A DNA stretch of 64,000 bases from Angustibacter luteus (GCF_039541115.1 NZ_BAABFP010000002.1:248001-312000), one strand, 5' to 3'; shown: positions 11,604 through 21,925, counted from the stretch's first letter. The notes: a model not told the origin generated them from the sequence alone. Numbers and translations are program-made.

Positions 11604-14600
11604 TCATCGTCCGCCCTCCCGGATCCGTTCCGCCGTCCCGCTGCGCAGCTGCCGGACCGCGAGCAGCACGGCCAGCACGGTCAGCCACACGAGCACCACC
11701 ACCAGCGACCAGACCAGGGCGGCCGGGTCCGGCGAGGTGTCCGGGGTGAGCACCGTCGAGCCCTCGTCGGCCATGGGCAGCACCGGCAGGACGACGTAGG
11801 CGGCCACGAGAGCCGCAACGGCGGCGGCGAGCAGAGCGACCAGCACGCCGGCCAGGTTCTCCAGCAGCAGCGCCCGGCGCAGCCGCCCGCGTTGCACGCC
11901 CATGGCCCGCAGCGAGGCGAGCTCGGCCGCTCGTTGCCGGGAGCCGACGAAGGCGGCGACGAGCTGGGCGCCGGTAGCGACCAGCAGAGCCACCGCACCG
12001 CAGGCCAGGAACAGCAGCAGCGCCAGGACCGCGCCTTCCTTCTGCAGCACGGCTTCGGCGTCCGCGGCCGAGGTCCGGCCGGTGACCACGACGCCGTCGG
12101 TCGCGAGCGCCTGGCGGAGCTGCTTCTCGGCCGCGGGATCGTCCCGGGACAGCCAGACCTGCAGGCCGGTCGGCTGCGGGGAGGCGACGCTGCGCAGCAT
12201 CACGTCGAGGTCGACCATCGCGACGGTTCCCGTGGCCCCTGGGACGAAGGCGGTGCGCCGGGCCCCGCTCACCTTGGTGGCGACGCCGTCGGTGCCCGTG
12301 ATCGCGACCGAGCCGTCACCGACCGGGAACTCCTCGTCGACCAGCGCCGGGGCCGGGTAGGGCGCGTCGCCGCGCATCACCCGGGCCGGGAACCCCACCG
12401 GCGTCCGAGCCTGGATCCGTAGGGCGGGCCCAGGGGTCACCTCGGCCGTCGCACCCCCGAGGTCCTCCACCGGTGCTCGCCAGGCGCGACGGTTGGCGAA
12501 ACCGACGTCGAGCGGGGTGAGGGACGAGGCGTCCGGGCCGGCCGAGAGTCGGCTCACGGTCAGGTCGGCGCTGCCGGTCTCGATGTCCAGGCCGGGGTGG
12601 CTGACCGTGATCGCGGCGAGGCGGCAGCCCACCGTGCAGGCCGCCGGCACGGTCCCGGTCAGCGTGTGCCGGCCGGGCGACAGGTCGCCGAGCCGCACCT
12701 CCGTCCAGCCCTTGGCGGTCTCCACGGTCGCCGACAGCTGCAGCGGCGACGGGCTGTCCACCGAGCGGACGTCGACGTCCGCCCGGATGGGGCCCGGGTG
12801 GACCGTCAGGGAGGGTGGCAGGCGCGGGTCGATGATGGCGCCGACGTCGTCCGGTCCCCGGCCCGCGAAGCCCGCGACCGCGTCGGCTCGGCTGCCGTCC
12901 ACGGCGACCGCCCGGGTGGTCTTCTCGTCCGGGGGAAGCTGCATGGCGGCCATCGCGTAGGTGCCACCGGGATCCGCCTTCGCCACGGCTGGTTGCAGTC
13001 CCCGCGCAGTCGCGGTCTGCACGTCCAGGACGACGGCCGCACCGGTCTCGACCAGGGCCCGGGCCGACCGCTCGCGGGCGGCGACGGTCCAGGCCTGGAC
13101 GCCCACCAGCAGCAGGCAGATCGCCGCCGCCAGGACGCCTGTGGTGCGCGCCGTCCCGGCCCGGCGTGCGACACCGGCCCACCCGTACAACGCGGACGGC
13201 CGACCGCGGTCCAGCGCGCGGGCCGTCCGGCGGCGGCTGACGAACCGCAGCAGCCTGGCCGCGACCAGCGCACTGGCCAACGCGATCACGCCGGGGGCGG
13301 CCGAGGCGACGGGCCCCGGCGTGGAGCCCGGGGACACGGACAGCTGCACGATGCCGGCGACGACGAGGGCCAGCACGGCGCCCTCCACGGCGCCGGCTCC
13401 CCGGCTGCGGCCGGCTCCGGGGACCCGGCGCAGCAGGTCGGCGACGTGACCGCGAGCGACGCCGCGGGCCGCGACGGCCGCGGCCGCGATGCCACCCAGC
13501 ACGCCGATCAGCACGGACGCCACCACCCAGCCGGTGAGCGCGAGCGTCGTGCCCGGCTCCAGCAGGTGCACCACGACCTCGTGCACGAGCCACCAACCCA
13601 GCGCGGTCCCGATCGGGGCCGCGACCAGCAGGAGCACGACGACCTCGGCCAGCCCGAAGCGGATCGTGCGCCCCGGCGTCAGCCCGCGGAGCTTGGCGAG
13701 CCCGAGCTCGGGCGCACGCTCCTGCGTCGCCGAGCTGACGACATGGGCCAGGATCACCCAGGCCAGCAGCACCAGCTGGAACGCGGCCAGGGGGGCCGCG
13801 ACGCGCACGACGTCGCTGCGCCGCTGCGAGTCCTCGATCAGCGACGGCAGCTGGCTCGTCACCGTGACGAGCCGCTGCCCGAGCGCGTCGCGCGCCGCGA
13901 TCACCTGGTCCGAGACGTGCTGCGCCGACGCCAGGTCGATCTCGCCTGGCGCCACCGGCACGTCCACCGAGTAGGACACGACGTTCAGCTTCTTCGCCGC
14001 CCCGGGGGCCAGGAAGGCGTAGTCCGTGACCGCGGGATCCTCGCCCAGACCGTGCGGCCGCTCGATCGGGTAGTAGGGGAAGATGCTCAGCCCGACCCAG
14101 TAGTCGTCGGCCACGTCGAACGGCGCCATGGTGCCGACCAGCTTCAGGTGCGCCGTCTCCTGCGATCCATCGGCGTTCTGGACGTCGGTGAGCCCGGTGT
14201 CGAAGGTGTCGCCGATCTTCAGCCCGAGCAGCTCGGCGCTGCGGCTGGTCATCGCGACCTCGTCCAGCGCGGTCGGGCAGCGTCCGCTGGCGATGGGCAG
14301 GTGGTCGCACAGGCCGGTGCGGTCCATCAGCGGTACGACGACCGATCCGCCGGCCTGGGTGCCCTTGGTGGGCCGGGTCAGCGAGGGCGTCACCTGGGAC
14401 GTGACGGGCGTGCCGAACACCGGTGGCGGCAGCATCGCCTGCAGCTGGCTCACCGTGTCGTCCATCGACTGGGCCCGCCGGTTGTCGTCCGGATCGAGCA
14501 CGCTCGGTCCCGACACGCGCGGCCCGGCCGCCTGCGCCGACACGTCCGCGTGCACGCTGCGCGCGTAGACGTCGGCGTGGGTCAGCGCGCCACGGGCGAT

Positions 14601-14765
14601 CGACTCCTCGGCGGCCCGGGCGTACAGCGGGGCCACCACCGCGGCAGTCGCCGCCACCACGGCCAGGGCGAGCACGATCGCCGCCGTGGCCCGCCGGTAG
14701 CCGATCCCCCGGACGGCCAACCGCAAACCGGTCAGGCGACCCTGCGGGCGGCCCTTCGTACTCAT
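11604..14765 (-). CDS. Large FtsX/MacB-like ABC permease
   Basis: Start MSTKGR at 14765 (ATGA overlap); ERAPELGLAKLRG and RAAELASLRAMG FtsX-type motifs; two TM clusters. Confidence 0.85.
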   Translation of the reverse strand: MSTKGRPQGRLTGLRLAVRGIGYRRATAAIVLALAVVAATAAVVAPLYARAAEESIARGALTHADVYARSVHADVSAQAAGPRVSGPSVLDPDDNRRAQSMDDTVSQLQAMLPPPVFGTPVTSQVTPSLTRPTKGTQAGGSVVVPLMDRTGLCDHLPIASGRCPTALDEVAMTSRSAELLGLKIGDTFDTGLTDVQNADGSQETAHLKLVGTMAPFDVADDYWVGLSIFPYYPIERPHGLGEDPAVTDYAFLAPGAAKKLNVVSYSVDVPVAPGEIDLASAQHVSDQVIAARDALGQRLVTVTSQLPSLIEDSQRRSDVVRVAAPLAAFQLVLLAWVILAHVVSSATQERAPELGLAKLRGLTPGRTIRFGLAEVVVLLLVAAPIGTALGWWLVHEVVVHLLEPGTTLALTGWVVASVLIGVLGGIAAAAVAARGVARGHVADLLRRVPGAGRSRGAGAVEGAVLALVVAGIVQLSVSPGSTPGPVASAAPGVIALASALVAARLLRFVSRRRTARALDRGRPSALYGWAGVARRAGTARTTGVLAAAICLLLVGVQAWTVAARERSARALVETGAAVVLDVQTATARGLQPAVAKADPGGTYAMAAMQLPPDEKTTRAVAVDGSRADAVAGFAGRGPDDVGAIIDPRLPPSLTVHPGPIRADVDVRSVDSPSPLQLSATVETAKGWTEVRLGDLSPGRHTLTGTVPAACTVGCRLAAITVSHPGLDIETGSADLTVSRLSAGPDASSLTPLDVGFANRRAWRAPVEDLGGATAEVTPGPALRIQARTPVGFPARVMRGDAPYPAPALVDEEFPVGDGSVAITGTDGVATKVSGARRTAFVPGATGTVAMVDLDVMLRSVASPQPTGLQVWLSRDDPAAEKQLRQALATDGVVVTGRTSAADAEAVLQKEGAVLALLLFLACGAVALLVATGAQLVAAFVGSRQRAAELASLRAMGVQRGRLRRALLLENLAGVLVALLAAAVAALVAAYVVLPVLPMADEGSTVLTPDTSPDPAALVWSLVVVLVWLTVLAVLLAVRQLRSGTAERIREGGR

Positions 14766-17700
14766 CGCCCCTCCCGCAGCAGGTCGGTGGTGGCCTGGCT
14801 GGCCAGCCGGGCGCCGAGCAGGAAGCAGACGGCGACGAGGACGGCGGCGCTGACCAGCGCCGTGGCCAGGACGGCCGACCAGCCGGTCGACAGGTCGGGT
14901 TCCGGCAGGCCGGCCTGCCCCGGGAGGCGGGAAAGCGTCAGTGCGGCCCCGATGGCCCCCAGCGCGACGCCGGCCACGACGCCGATCAGGGCGACCAGCA
15001 GCTGCTCGCCGACGGCGGCCCGGCGGGTCGGCCCGGACCGGACACCGACCACGCGCAGGGCGGCCAGGTCGTAGGCCCGCACCCGCCCGGACGTCGCCAC
15101 CGCGACCGCGAGCACCGCAGCGGCGAGCAGCAGGGCCACCACGCCGACCATCTCGGTCAGGTGCAGGGCCAGCCCGGTCCCCTGCCGGGCCAGGCCCCGC
15201 TCGAGGTCGGCGAGCGTGGTGACGCCCACGACCTGCACGCCGTGGTCGCCGAGGCTGCGGACCAGCGCCGCCTGCCGGTCGTCGTCCTGCTCGGCGAGCC
15301 AGACCTGGCTGCGCACCGTGTCGGTGAGCTCGCCGGACCGCTCGACCACGTAGGCCGAGTCCAGCAGGAGCGCGGGCGAGGCGATGCCGGGCAGCCGCTC
15401 GAGGCGGGTGACCGCGTTGTAGCTCTGGTCGCCGCCGGTGACTGCCGGCCCGCTGACCAGCTGGTCGGAGGGCACCAGGGTGTCGAGGAAGTTCGCCGAG
15501 CCGTACGGCGATGAGGAGATCCCCGTGGTCGCCGCCACGGGAAGGGTCACCGGGCGGTCCAGCCGGTACAGGTAGAGCGAGCTGCCGAGGCTGTGCTGCT
15601 CGACGTGCAGTCCCTGACCGGCCGGCTTGAGCGAGGCGTCGTCGAAGCTGACGACGTCCCAGCCCGAGTCGGCGGCCCGCAGGTCGACGGCCCGGCCGTT
15701 GGCGGTCAGGCCCTTGATGGTCAGCGAGAGGTTGGCCGTGCCGACGTCGGAGTCGTCGCGCTCGGCCGCGAGGGACCTGATCCGGCAGCCCTTGGTGCAC
15801 GGCACGGCGGCGGTGAGGCGCTGCTCGCCGCTGTCGAGCTGCCCCAGCTCGACGTGCTGCACGACTCCGGACTCGGGCACCAGGTCGGCGGTCAGGGTCA
15901 TCGGCCGGGTCAGCCCGACCGGCGGGGTGCTGAAGCCGCCGGCCTCCTGGGCGCTGGCCTCGAATCCCTCCGCGGTGAAGTCGACGTCCGCGGTGAGCCG
16001 GTCACCGGTGAACGTCACCGGCGCCGCGGCCTGCGGCGTCAGTGCCTTGAGGTCGGGGGCGCCGTGGCCGGCCTGCCCCGAGTCGTCCCAGAAGGCCACC
16101 CGCTTCAGCCGGGCCAGGTCGGCCACCAGGGTCGTGGTCCCGGTCTCGGACCCGCTCGGCGCCACGAGCACACCGGTGGCGTAGGCGCCGGACGGGTCGG
16201 CCGCGGCCACGGCGTCGGCGAGGGCCTGCGGCGGGACCTCCTTGGTGTCGAGCACGACCTGCGCGCCGAGCGTGCGCCGGGCCGCATCGGCGCGCTGGTC
16301 CGCGCCGACCGCGGTCGCGGCACCGGCGAAGACGAGCAGCGCCACCGCGACCGTCTCGATGGCGACGAGCCGGCGCAACGCCGGTCGACGCGACACGGCC
16401 AGGCAGGCCAGCGCCACCGTGAGCCGCCCGGCTCGCAGGGACGAACGTCCGAGCCAGGCGGTGACCGGCACCATCGCCTGGGACAGCAGCAGACCGCCGG
16501 CCAGCGCGAGCAGCCCGGGCGCGATGAGAGCCGTCGGCGACTGCGCGTCGTCACCGAGCAACGTGACCAGGCCGGCGACGCACAGGGCGATCACCACGCC
16601 GTCGGCGATACCGGCCCGCAGGGCCGAGCTGCGCGGCGGCACGGAGCGCAGCAGGGTGACCAGCGGTTCGCGCACGGTCGGCACCGCGGTCAGCACCACG
16701 GCCAGCACCGCGACCACGATCGAGGCGAGCACGGCGACCGCCTCCGGCCAGCCCGGGACGACGCGCACCCCCGGGGCCAGCCAGTGGCCGGTCGCCACCT
16801 GGGCGAGCTGCCAGCCGGCGACGCCGCCGAGGACGCAGCCGACCGCGACGACCACCCCCAGGTCGCGCACCAGCAGGCCGGCCGCCCGGCTGGGCAGCTG
16901 GCCGCGGAGCCGGGCCAGGGCGACCTCGGGTCGGCGCTGCTCGGTGGTAGCCGCCGCCACGTAGGCCAGGACCACGAGGGCCAGCAGCACCGCCTGCAGC
17001 GCCAGCAGCGGCAGGGGCGCGCGGGCGTCGGCCCGGGCCTGGTCGGCGGCCGTCAACAGCTGCGGCAGCTGGGTCTGGGTGCTGGCCGACGCCGCACTGG
17101 CCTTCGCCTGCAGCGCAGCCAGGTCGCGCTTGACGCGGCTCTCGTCGTCCAGCCCGATCCCGGCCACGTCCAGCGGGACGTCGACGGTGGTCTCCAAGGA
17201 GCGCCACACCCCGGACCGCAGCGTCGGCCAGCTGACGAAGACCGCGTCGCCGACCGCCACGTCGGTCGCCGGGCTGGTCGCGGTCAGCGGCCGCCCGAAG
17301 AAGAAGGACGCCGGGTCCTGCGCCTGCGCGTAGATGCCGACCACGCGGGGCCGCAGCACCACCGCGGAGGCCTTGTCCTGCCCGGCCGAGGAGTCCGCCA
17401 GCGGGAGGACGCTGCCCACCTTGAGTCCCAACCGGGACGCCAGGGCGCGGGACACCACCGCCTGGCCGTCCTCCTGGCTGCACGTGCCATCGGCCATCAG
17501 CAGGTGGGCGCAGACGTCCGCACGGTTCATCACCGGCACCAGGACGGGGGTCTCCCCGATGACCATCCCGGGCGCGGTGGCCCCGGTGATCGGCGCCCGC
17601 CAGGAGTCGGCCGACACCTGCGGCTCCAGCGCGGTGAGCAGCTCGTCCGGTGCCGGGGGCTTGTCGGACATCGCGGTGACGGCCACCCCGCGATCGCTCG

Positions 17701-17860
17701 GCGCGGCGGACAGCAGCGTGGTCCGCTGGACGGACTCCTCGACCGCGCGCGCGTAGGCCACCCCCAGCACCGCCGTCATCGCCAGGACGCCGGACAGCGC
17801 GCCGACCAGCACGGCTTGACCGGGCTGGGAGCGCAGTCGAGCCACGACCAGTCCCGTCAC
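14762..17860 (-). CDS. Large FtsX/MacB-like ABC permease (paralog of the adjacent gene)
   Basis: QRRPEVALARLRG, RAYDLAALRVVG; same architecture and conserved Cys pairs as neighbour. Confidence 0.85.
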   Translation of the reverse strand: MTGLVVARLRSQPGQAVLVGALSGVLAMTAVLGVAYARAVEESVQRTTLLSAAPSDRGVAVTAMSDKPPAPDELLTALEPQVSADSWRAPITGATAPGMVIGETPVLVPVMNRADVCAHLLMADGTCSQEDGQAVVSRALASRLGLKVGSVLPLADSSAGQDKASAVVLRPRVVGIYAQAQDPASFFFGRPLTATSPATDVAVGDAVFVSWPTLRSGVWRSLETTVDVPLDVAGIGLDDESRVKRDLAALQAKASAASASTQTQLPQLLTAADQARADARAPLPLLALQAVLLALVVLAYVAAATTEQRRPEVALARLRGQLPSRAAGLLVRDLGVVVAVGCVLGGVAGWQLAQVATGHWLAPGVRVVPGWPEAVAVLASIVVAVLAVVLTAVPTVREPLVTLLRSVPPRSSALRAGIADGVVIALCVAGLVTLLGDDAQSPTALIAPGLLALAGGLLLSQAMVPVTAWLGRSSLRAGRLTVALACLAVSRRPALRRLVAIETVAVALLVFAGAATAVGADQRADAARRTLGAQVVLDTKEVPPQALADAVAAADPSGAYATGVLVAPSGSETGTTTLVADLARLKRVAFWDDSGQAGHGAPDLKALTPQAAAPVTFTGDRLTADVDFTAEGFEASAQEAGGFSTPPVGLTRPMTLTADLVPESGVVQHVELGQLDSGEQRLTAAVPCTKGCRIRSLAAERDDSDVGTANLSLTIKGLTANGRAVDLRAADSGWDVVSFDDASLKPAGQGLHVEQHSLGSSLYLYRLDRPVTLPVAATTGISSSPYGSANFLDTLVPSDQLVSGPAVTGGDQSYNAVTRLERLPGIASPALLLDSAYVVERSGELTDTVRSQVWLAEQDDDRQAALVRSLGDHGVQVVGVTTLADLERGLARQGTGLALHLTEMVGVVALLLAAAVLAVAVATSGRVRAYDLAALRVVGVRSGPTRRAAVGEQLLVALIGVVAGVALGAIGAALTLSRLPGQAGLPEPDLSTGWSAVLATALVSAAVLVAVCFLLGARLASQATTDLLREGR

Positions 17861-17910
17861 GTCAGACAGCCTTCCCGACGGATGCGACAGATCCCAGCGA
17901 CGCGCGCCCT

Positions 17911-17938
17911 TCGTGACGGCATCGTGACCGCATCGTGA
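17911..17938 (-). promoter_or_regulatory. Three TCACGA direct repeats at 11-bp period upstream of the permease operon
   Basis: Plus strand TCGTGA at 17911, 17922 and 17933. Confidence 0.55.
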
Positions 17939-17956
17939 GGCTATGCACCCCGACCC

Positions 17957-18463
17957 TCACGACCGGACCCAACGCTCCTCCAGGACCCCGGTCGCCGGGT
18001 GCGCCTTCGTCACCTCGGTCGGCGCGAAGCCGAGCCGCCGGTAGAACGCCGCGGCGCGCTCGTTCCCGCGCAGCACCCACAGGCTCACCGGGGTCGTCCC
18101 GTCGATACCGACCGCCCCGAACGTGGCCTCCAGCAGCCGCGTCGCCAGCCCGCTGCCGTGGTGCTCGGCCAGCACGTTGAGCACCCACAGCTCGTGCGCG
18201 GGGTCCGCCGGGTCGTCCCGGGTCGGACCGGCGGTGCAGAAGCCCACCACCGCGCCGTCCGCGGTCCCGACGTACGTCGCCCGGCCCGGCCGTGTCGTGG
18301 CCAGGGACGCATGCCAGCGCTCGATCGAACCCGGGACCGACAGGCCGGCGAGGTACTCGGCGGGCATCAGCCCGGCGTACGCCTGCTGCCAGATCAGGAT
18401 GTGGATCGCGCCGAGCACCTCGGCGTCCGCCGGCTCGGCCGGCCGGACGTCGTACCGGGTCAC
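17957..18463 (-). CDS. GNAT N-acetyltransferase
   Basis: HHGSGLATRLL motif A; LWVLRGNERAAAFYRRLGF. Confidence 0.9.
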   Translation of the reverse strand: MTRYDVRPAEPADAEVLGAIHILIWQQAYAGLMPAEYLAGLSVPGSIERWHASLATTRPGRATYVGTADGAVVGFCTAGPTRDDPADPAHELWVLNVLAEHHGSGLATRLLEATFGAVGIDGTTPVSLWVLRGNERAAAFYRRLGFAPTEVTKAHPATGVLEERWVRS

Positions 18464-18765
18464 GGCTGCTGGTCAGCCTCGATGGCCGCTTCGAGCCGCT
18501 CCAGCTTCGCGGTCATCTCGCCGGTCCGGCCGGGGCGGATGTCCGCCTTCAGGACCAGCGAGACGCGCTCGCCGTGCTGGCCGACGGCCTCGCAGGCCCG
18601 CTTCACGACGTCCAGGCACTCGTCCCACTCCCCCTCGATGGTGGTGAACATCGAGTCGGTGCGGTGCGGCAGACCGGAGTCACGGACGACGCGGACGGCG
18701 GCGGCGACCGCCGCGGAGACCGAGTCGCCGGTGCCGGACGGGGCGACGGAGAAGGCAACGAGCAT
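18460..18765 (-). CDS. Thiamine-binding protein family (MTH1187-like)
   Basis: VAFSVAP, SGL..TDSMFTTIEGEWDE, RVSLVLKADIRPG. Confidence 0.85.
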   Translation of the reverse strand: MLVAFSVAPSGTGDSVSAAVAAAVRVVRDSGLPHRTDSMFTTIEGEWDECLDVVKRACEAVGQHGERVSLVLKADIRPGRTGEMTAKLERLEAAIEADQQP

Positions 18766-18775
18766 GGCGGCAACC

Positions 18776-19903
18776 CTACGCGTCGTCCCAGCGGAAGAAC
18801 CGGGTGGCCAGCGCGGTCAGGGCAGTCGCGAACGCGAGCAGGATCAGGCAGGGCGTGATGATCTGCGTCCAGCCCAGCCCGCGGGCCAGCACGTCCAGCA
18901 TCGCGTCGTTCATGTGCCGCAACGGGAAGGCCTGGCTGACCGCCTGCAGCCAACCCGGTGCCGCGGAGATGTCGAAGAACGTGCCGGACAGGAACGCCAT
19001 CGGCAGCACGATGAAGTTGGCCATGGCACTGGCCGCCTCGTCGGTCTTCGCGATCGAGCCGACCAGCAGGCCGATGGACAGGAACGCCAGCGTGCCGCAG
19101 ACCAGGATCGGCACTGCCAGCCACCAGCTGTCCGCGAGCTTCAGCCCGAACGGCGGGGTCAGCGCGACCCCGACGTAGACGATTGCCTGCACGAACGCGA
19201 CGACCAGGCTGACGCCGACCCGGGCGGCCACCACCGTCCACACCGGGGCGGGCGAGAGCCGGACCCGACGCAGCAGCTGCTTCTTGCGCCAGCTGACGAT
19301 CGTCAGGGCGGCGCCGAACGTCGCGGACGTCGCGATGCCCCAGCAGAGGATGCCGCCGGTCGTGAACTGGATGGGTCGCAGCGACTCGTCCTCGACCCGT
19401 TGGGCATCCATCGTGAGCCTCGGCGCCTGACCGGTCGCGGCCAGGTTCGACCGGTCCACGACGGCGTTCAGGATGCCCTGCACCGTCGCGGCCTTGACCT
19501 GGTCGCTCGCCGCGTACCGCACCACGAGCGTGTCGCCCTGCTGCGTGACCACCGCCGGTAGGTCGCCCTTGCGAACCGCCTCGATCCCCGCCTCCAGGGT
19601 CGGGAAGGTCTGCAGCTCCAGCACGCTCTGCGGCAGCTGCTGCACCAGGGGACCGTTGCCGACCACCCCGATCGTGGCGCGGCTGCTGCCGGTGTCGTTG
19701 AAGATCAGGCCGAAGACGACGAGGAACATCAGCGGGAAGAAGAACGTGAAGAACAGCGCCATCCGGTCCCGGAAGAAGCTGAGCAGCATCGCCCGGCCGA
19801 GGGTGCGCAGCGACACCCAGGACGACGTCGTGTGCGTCGGCCGCGGGGCGCCGGCCGGGTCGCCGTGCTGGCGCTCGGCGGTGGTCGTCGAGGATGAGCT
19901 CAT
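18776..19903 (-). CDS. ABC-2 type permease
   Basis: Start at 19903 (ATGA overlap); FFTFFFPLMF, LPMAFLSGTFF, FFRWD end. Confidence 0.88.
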   Translation of the reverse strand: MSSSSTTTAERQHGDPAGAPRPTHTTSSWVSLRTLGRAMLLSFFRDRMALFFTFFFPLMFLVVFGLIFNDTGSSRATIGVVGNGPLVQQLPQSVLELQTFPTLEAGIEAVRKGDLPAVVTQQGDTLVVRYAASDQVKAATVQGILNAVVDRSNLAATGQAPRLTMDAQRVEDESLRPIQFTTGGILCWGIATSATFGAALTIVSWRKKQLLRRVRLSPAPVWTVVAARVGVSLVVAFVQAIVYVGVALTPPFGLKLADSWWLAVPILVCGTLAFLSIGLLVGSIAKTDEAASAMANFIVLPMAFLSGTFFDISAAPGWLQAVSQAFPLRHMNDAMLDVLARGLGWTQIITPCLILLAFATALTALATRFFRWDDA

Positions 19904-20850
19904 GCCCGGTACTCCCGTCCGGTCAGGTGCAGGAAGACGTCCTCCAGGGTGGCGGTACGCACGCTCACCCCGTCGAGCCGGTCGCGCTCGGCGAGCGCCT
20001 GCAGCAGGGTCGCCGGGTGCTTGGTCGTCATCACCAGCTCGAGGTCGCCGGCCTGCACCCGTTCTGCCCCAGGCAGATCCTGGGCCTCGGCCTCGCTCAG
20101 CACGCCGTTCGGCAGGGCTACCCGGGTGTCCGCCTCGAGCCCGCGGACCAGCGCGGCTGGCGTGTCCATCGCAAGGATGCGCCCGTCGTCCATGATCGCC
20201 ACCCGGTCGCAGAGGATCTCGGCCTCGTCCAGGTAGTGGGTCGTGTAGACCACCGTGGTGCCGCGCGACTGGATCTCGCGCAGGACGTCCCACAGGTTGC
20301 GGCGGGCCTGCGGGTCCAGCGCGGCGGTGGGCTCGTCGAAGAACACCAGCTCGGGGTCGTGGATCAGCGCGCAGGCGATGGACAACCGCTGGCGCTGCCC
20401 GCCGGACAGCTTGTCCTCGCGGGTGGCCGCCTTGTCGGTGAGCCCGACGAGCTCGAGCATCTCGTCCACCCGGGCGCCGCCGACGCCGTAGAGCGAGCCG
20501 AACGTCTGCAGCTGCTCGCGTGCCGAGAGCTTCTCGAAGAACGCGGAGGCCTGGAGCTGGACTCCCATGCGCGGCAACAGCTTCGGGTTGCGCGGCCAGG
20601 GCGACTCACCCAGCAGGCGGATCGTGCCGGCGTCCGGCTCGCGCAGCCCCTCGACCATCTCGAGCGTCGTCGTCTTGCCGGCGCCGTTCGGCCCGAGGAT
20701 GCCGAAGAACTCACCGCGGCCGACCGTGAACGACACACCGTCGACGGCGGTCAGCTCGCCGTACCGCTTCACCAGCCCGTCGACCACGATCGCTGTGCTC
20801 GCCTCGCCCGGCTGCCCCGTCCGCCCCTGTCCCACCCCGAGAACCGTCAT
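19900..20850 (-). CDS. ABC-2 ATP-binding protein (DrrA-like)
   Basis: GPNGAGKTT, LSGGQRQR, FFDEPT, TTHY, TLEDVFLHLTG. Confidence 0.93.
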   Translation of the reverse strand: MTVLGVGQGRTGQPGEASTAIVVDGLVKRYGELTAVDGVSFTVGRGEFFGILGPNGAGKTTTLEMVEGLREPDAGTIRLLGESPWPRNPKLLPRMGVQLQASAFFEKLSAREQLQTFGSLYGVGGARVDEMLELVGLTDKAATREDKLSGGQRQRLSIACALIHDPELVFFDEPTAALDPQARRNLWDVLREIQSRGTTVVYTTHYLDEAEILCDRVAIMDDGRILAMDTPAALVRGLEADTRVALPNGVLSEAEAQDLPGAERVQAGDLELVMTTKHPATLLQALAERDRLDGVSVRTATLEDVFLHLTGREYRA

Positions 20851-20876
20851 GCACGCGACGCTACCCGAGCCCCGCC

Positions 20877-20962
20877 GTTGATCACGTTAAGTGGGTCTGC
20901 ACCCGCTTCTCGAGGCGAACGACCCTCGACAAGCAGGTCTACGCCTACTGAACGTGATCAAC
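20877..20962. repeat. Family-2 palindromic element, complete copy (about 39-bp imperfect stem)
   Basis: GTTGATCACGTT...AACGTGATCAAC ends with internal pairing GCTTCTCGAGG/CCTCGACAAGC; second copy at 27710. Confidence 0.85.
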
Positions 20963-21925
20963 ATCGGAGGTGACGGCGGCGACGAGCGAATCGGCTGCGG
21001 CGTAGGGGTCCTGGTGCCCGTCGACGACCTGCGCGGCGAGCTCGTCCAGCCCGCGGCCGTGGCGCAGGTCGCCCATCCGCTCCCGCAGCTGCACCAGCGC
21101 GATCGACTCGATCTCGTCCGCCGCCCGACGCAGCCGGCGCTCCCTCAGGTGGCCGGTCTCGCCCAGCCACGCCTGGTGCTTGTCGAGCGAAGCCATCAGC
21201 TCGTCCATGCCCTCCTCGCGCGAGGCCACCGTCTTGACCACGGGCGGACGCCAGTCCCCGGGCGAGCGCGACTCACCGAGCGAGATCATGTGGCGGATGT
21301 CGCGCACCGTTGCGTCCGCGCCGTCCCGGTCCGCCTTGTTCACCACGAACACGTCGCCGACCTCGAGGATGCCGGCCTTGGCCGCCTGGATGCCGTCCCC
21401 CATGCCGGGGGCCAGCAGCACCAGCGTGGTGTCCGCCATGGCGGCGATCTCGACCTCGCTCTGCCCGACCCCGACGGTCTCGACCAGGACGACGTCGCAG
21501 CCCGCCGCATCGAGCACCCGCAGCGCCTGCGGGGTCGCCCAGGACAGCCCACCGAGGTGGCCACGGCTCGCCATCGAACGGATGTAGACCCCCGGGTCGA
21601 GCGCGTGGTCCTGCATCCGCACCCGGTCGCCGAGCAACGCCCCGCCGGAGAACGGCGACGAGGGGTCCACGGCGAGCACGCCGATCCGCAGGTCCCTGGC
21701 GCGCAACGCCTTCACCAGCGCGGACGTCGACGTCGACTTCCCCACGCCCGGTGACCCGGTGATGCCGATGACGTGCGCGTTCCCGGTGTGCGGCGCGAGC
21801 GCCGCCATCACCTCGCGCAGCGCCGGGTGGGCGTCCTCGACCAGCGAGATCAGCCGCGCGACGGCACGCGGACGCCCCGCCCGGGCCTGCTCGACCAGGG
21901 CGGGGACGTCGACGGCGCGCGCCAC
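20945..21925 (-). CDS. meaB: Mutase-associated GTPase MeaB (ArgK/MMAA family)
   Basis: GSPGVGKST, AVDPSSPFSGGALLGDRVRM, VETVGVGQSE, NKAD; start likely GTG 21925. Confidence 0.95.
   Translation of the reverse strand: MARAVDVPALVEQARAGRPRAVARLISLVEDAHPALREVMAALAPHTGNAHVIGITGSPGVGKSTSTSALVKALRARDLRIGVLAVDPSSPFSGGALLGDRVRMQDHALDPGVYIRSMASRGHLGGLSWATPQALRVLDAAGCDVVLVETVGVGQSEVEIAAMADTTLVLLAPGMGDGIQAAKAGILEVGDVFVVNKADRDGADATVRDIRHMISLGESRSPGDWRPPVVKTVASREEGMDELMASLDKHQAWLGETGHLRERRLRRAADEIESIALVQLRERMGDLRHGRGLDELAAQVVDGHQDPYAAADSLVAAVTSDVDHVQ

Noticed and set aside
11604..15800. 1398-aa permease as given in the ORF track
   Set aside because: The first ~345 codons overlap the upstream permease out of frame; the ATGA-coupled start at 14765 fits better. 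The same over-extension applies to ORF-track starts for marR, meaB, murA, atpD, atpE and others.
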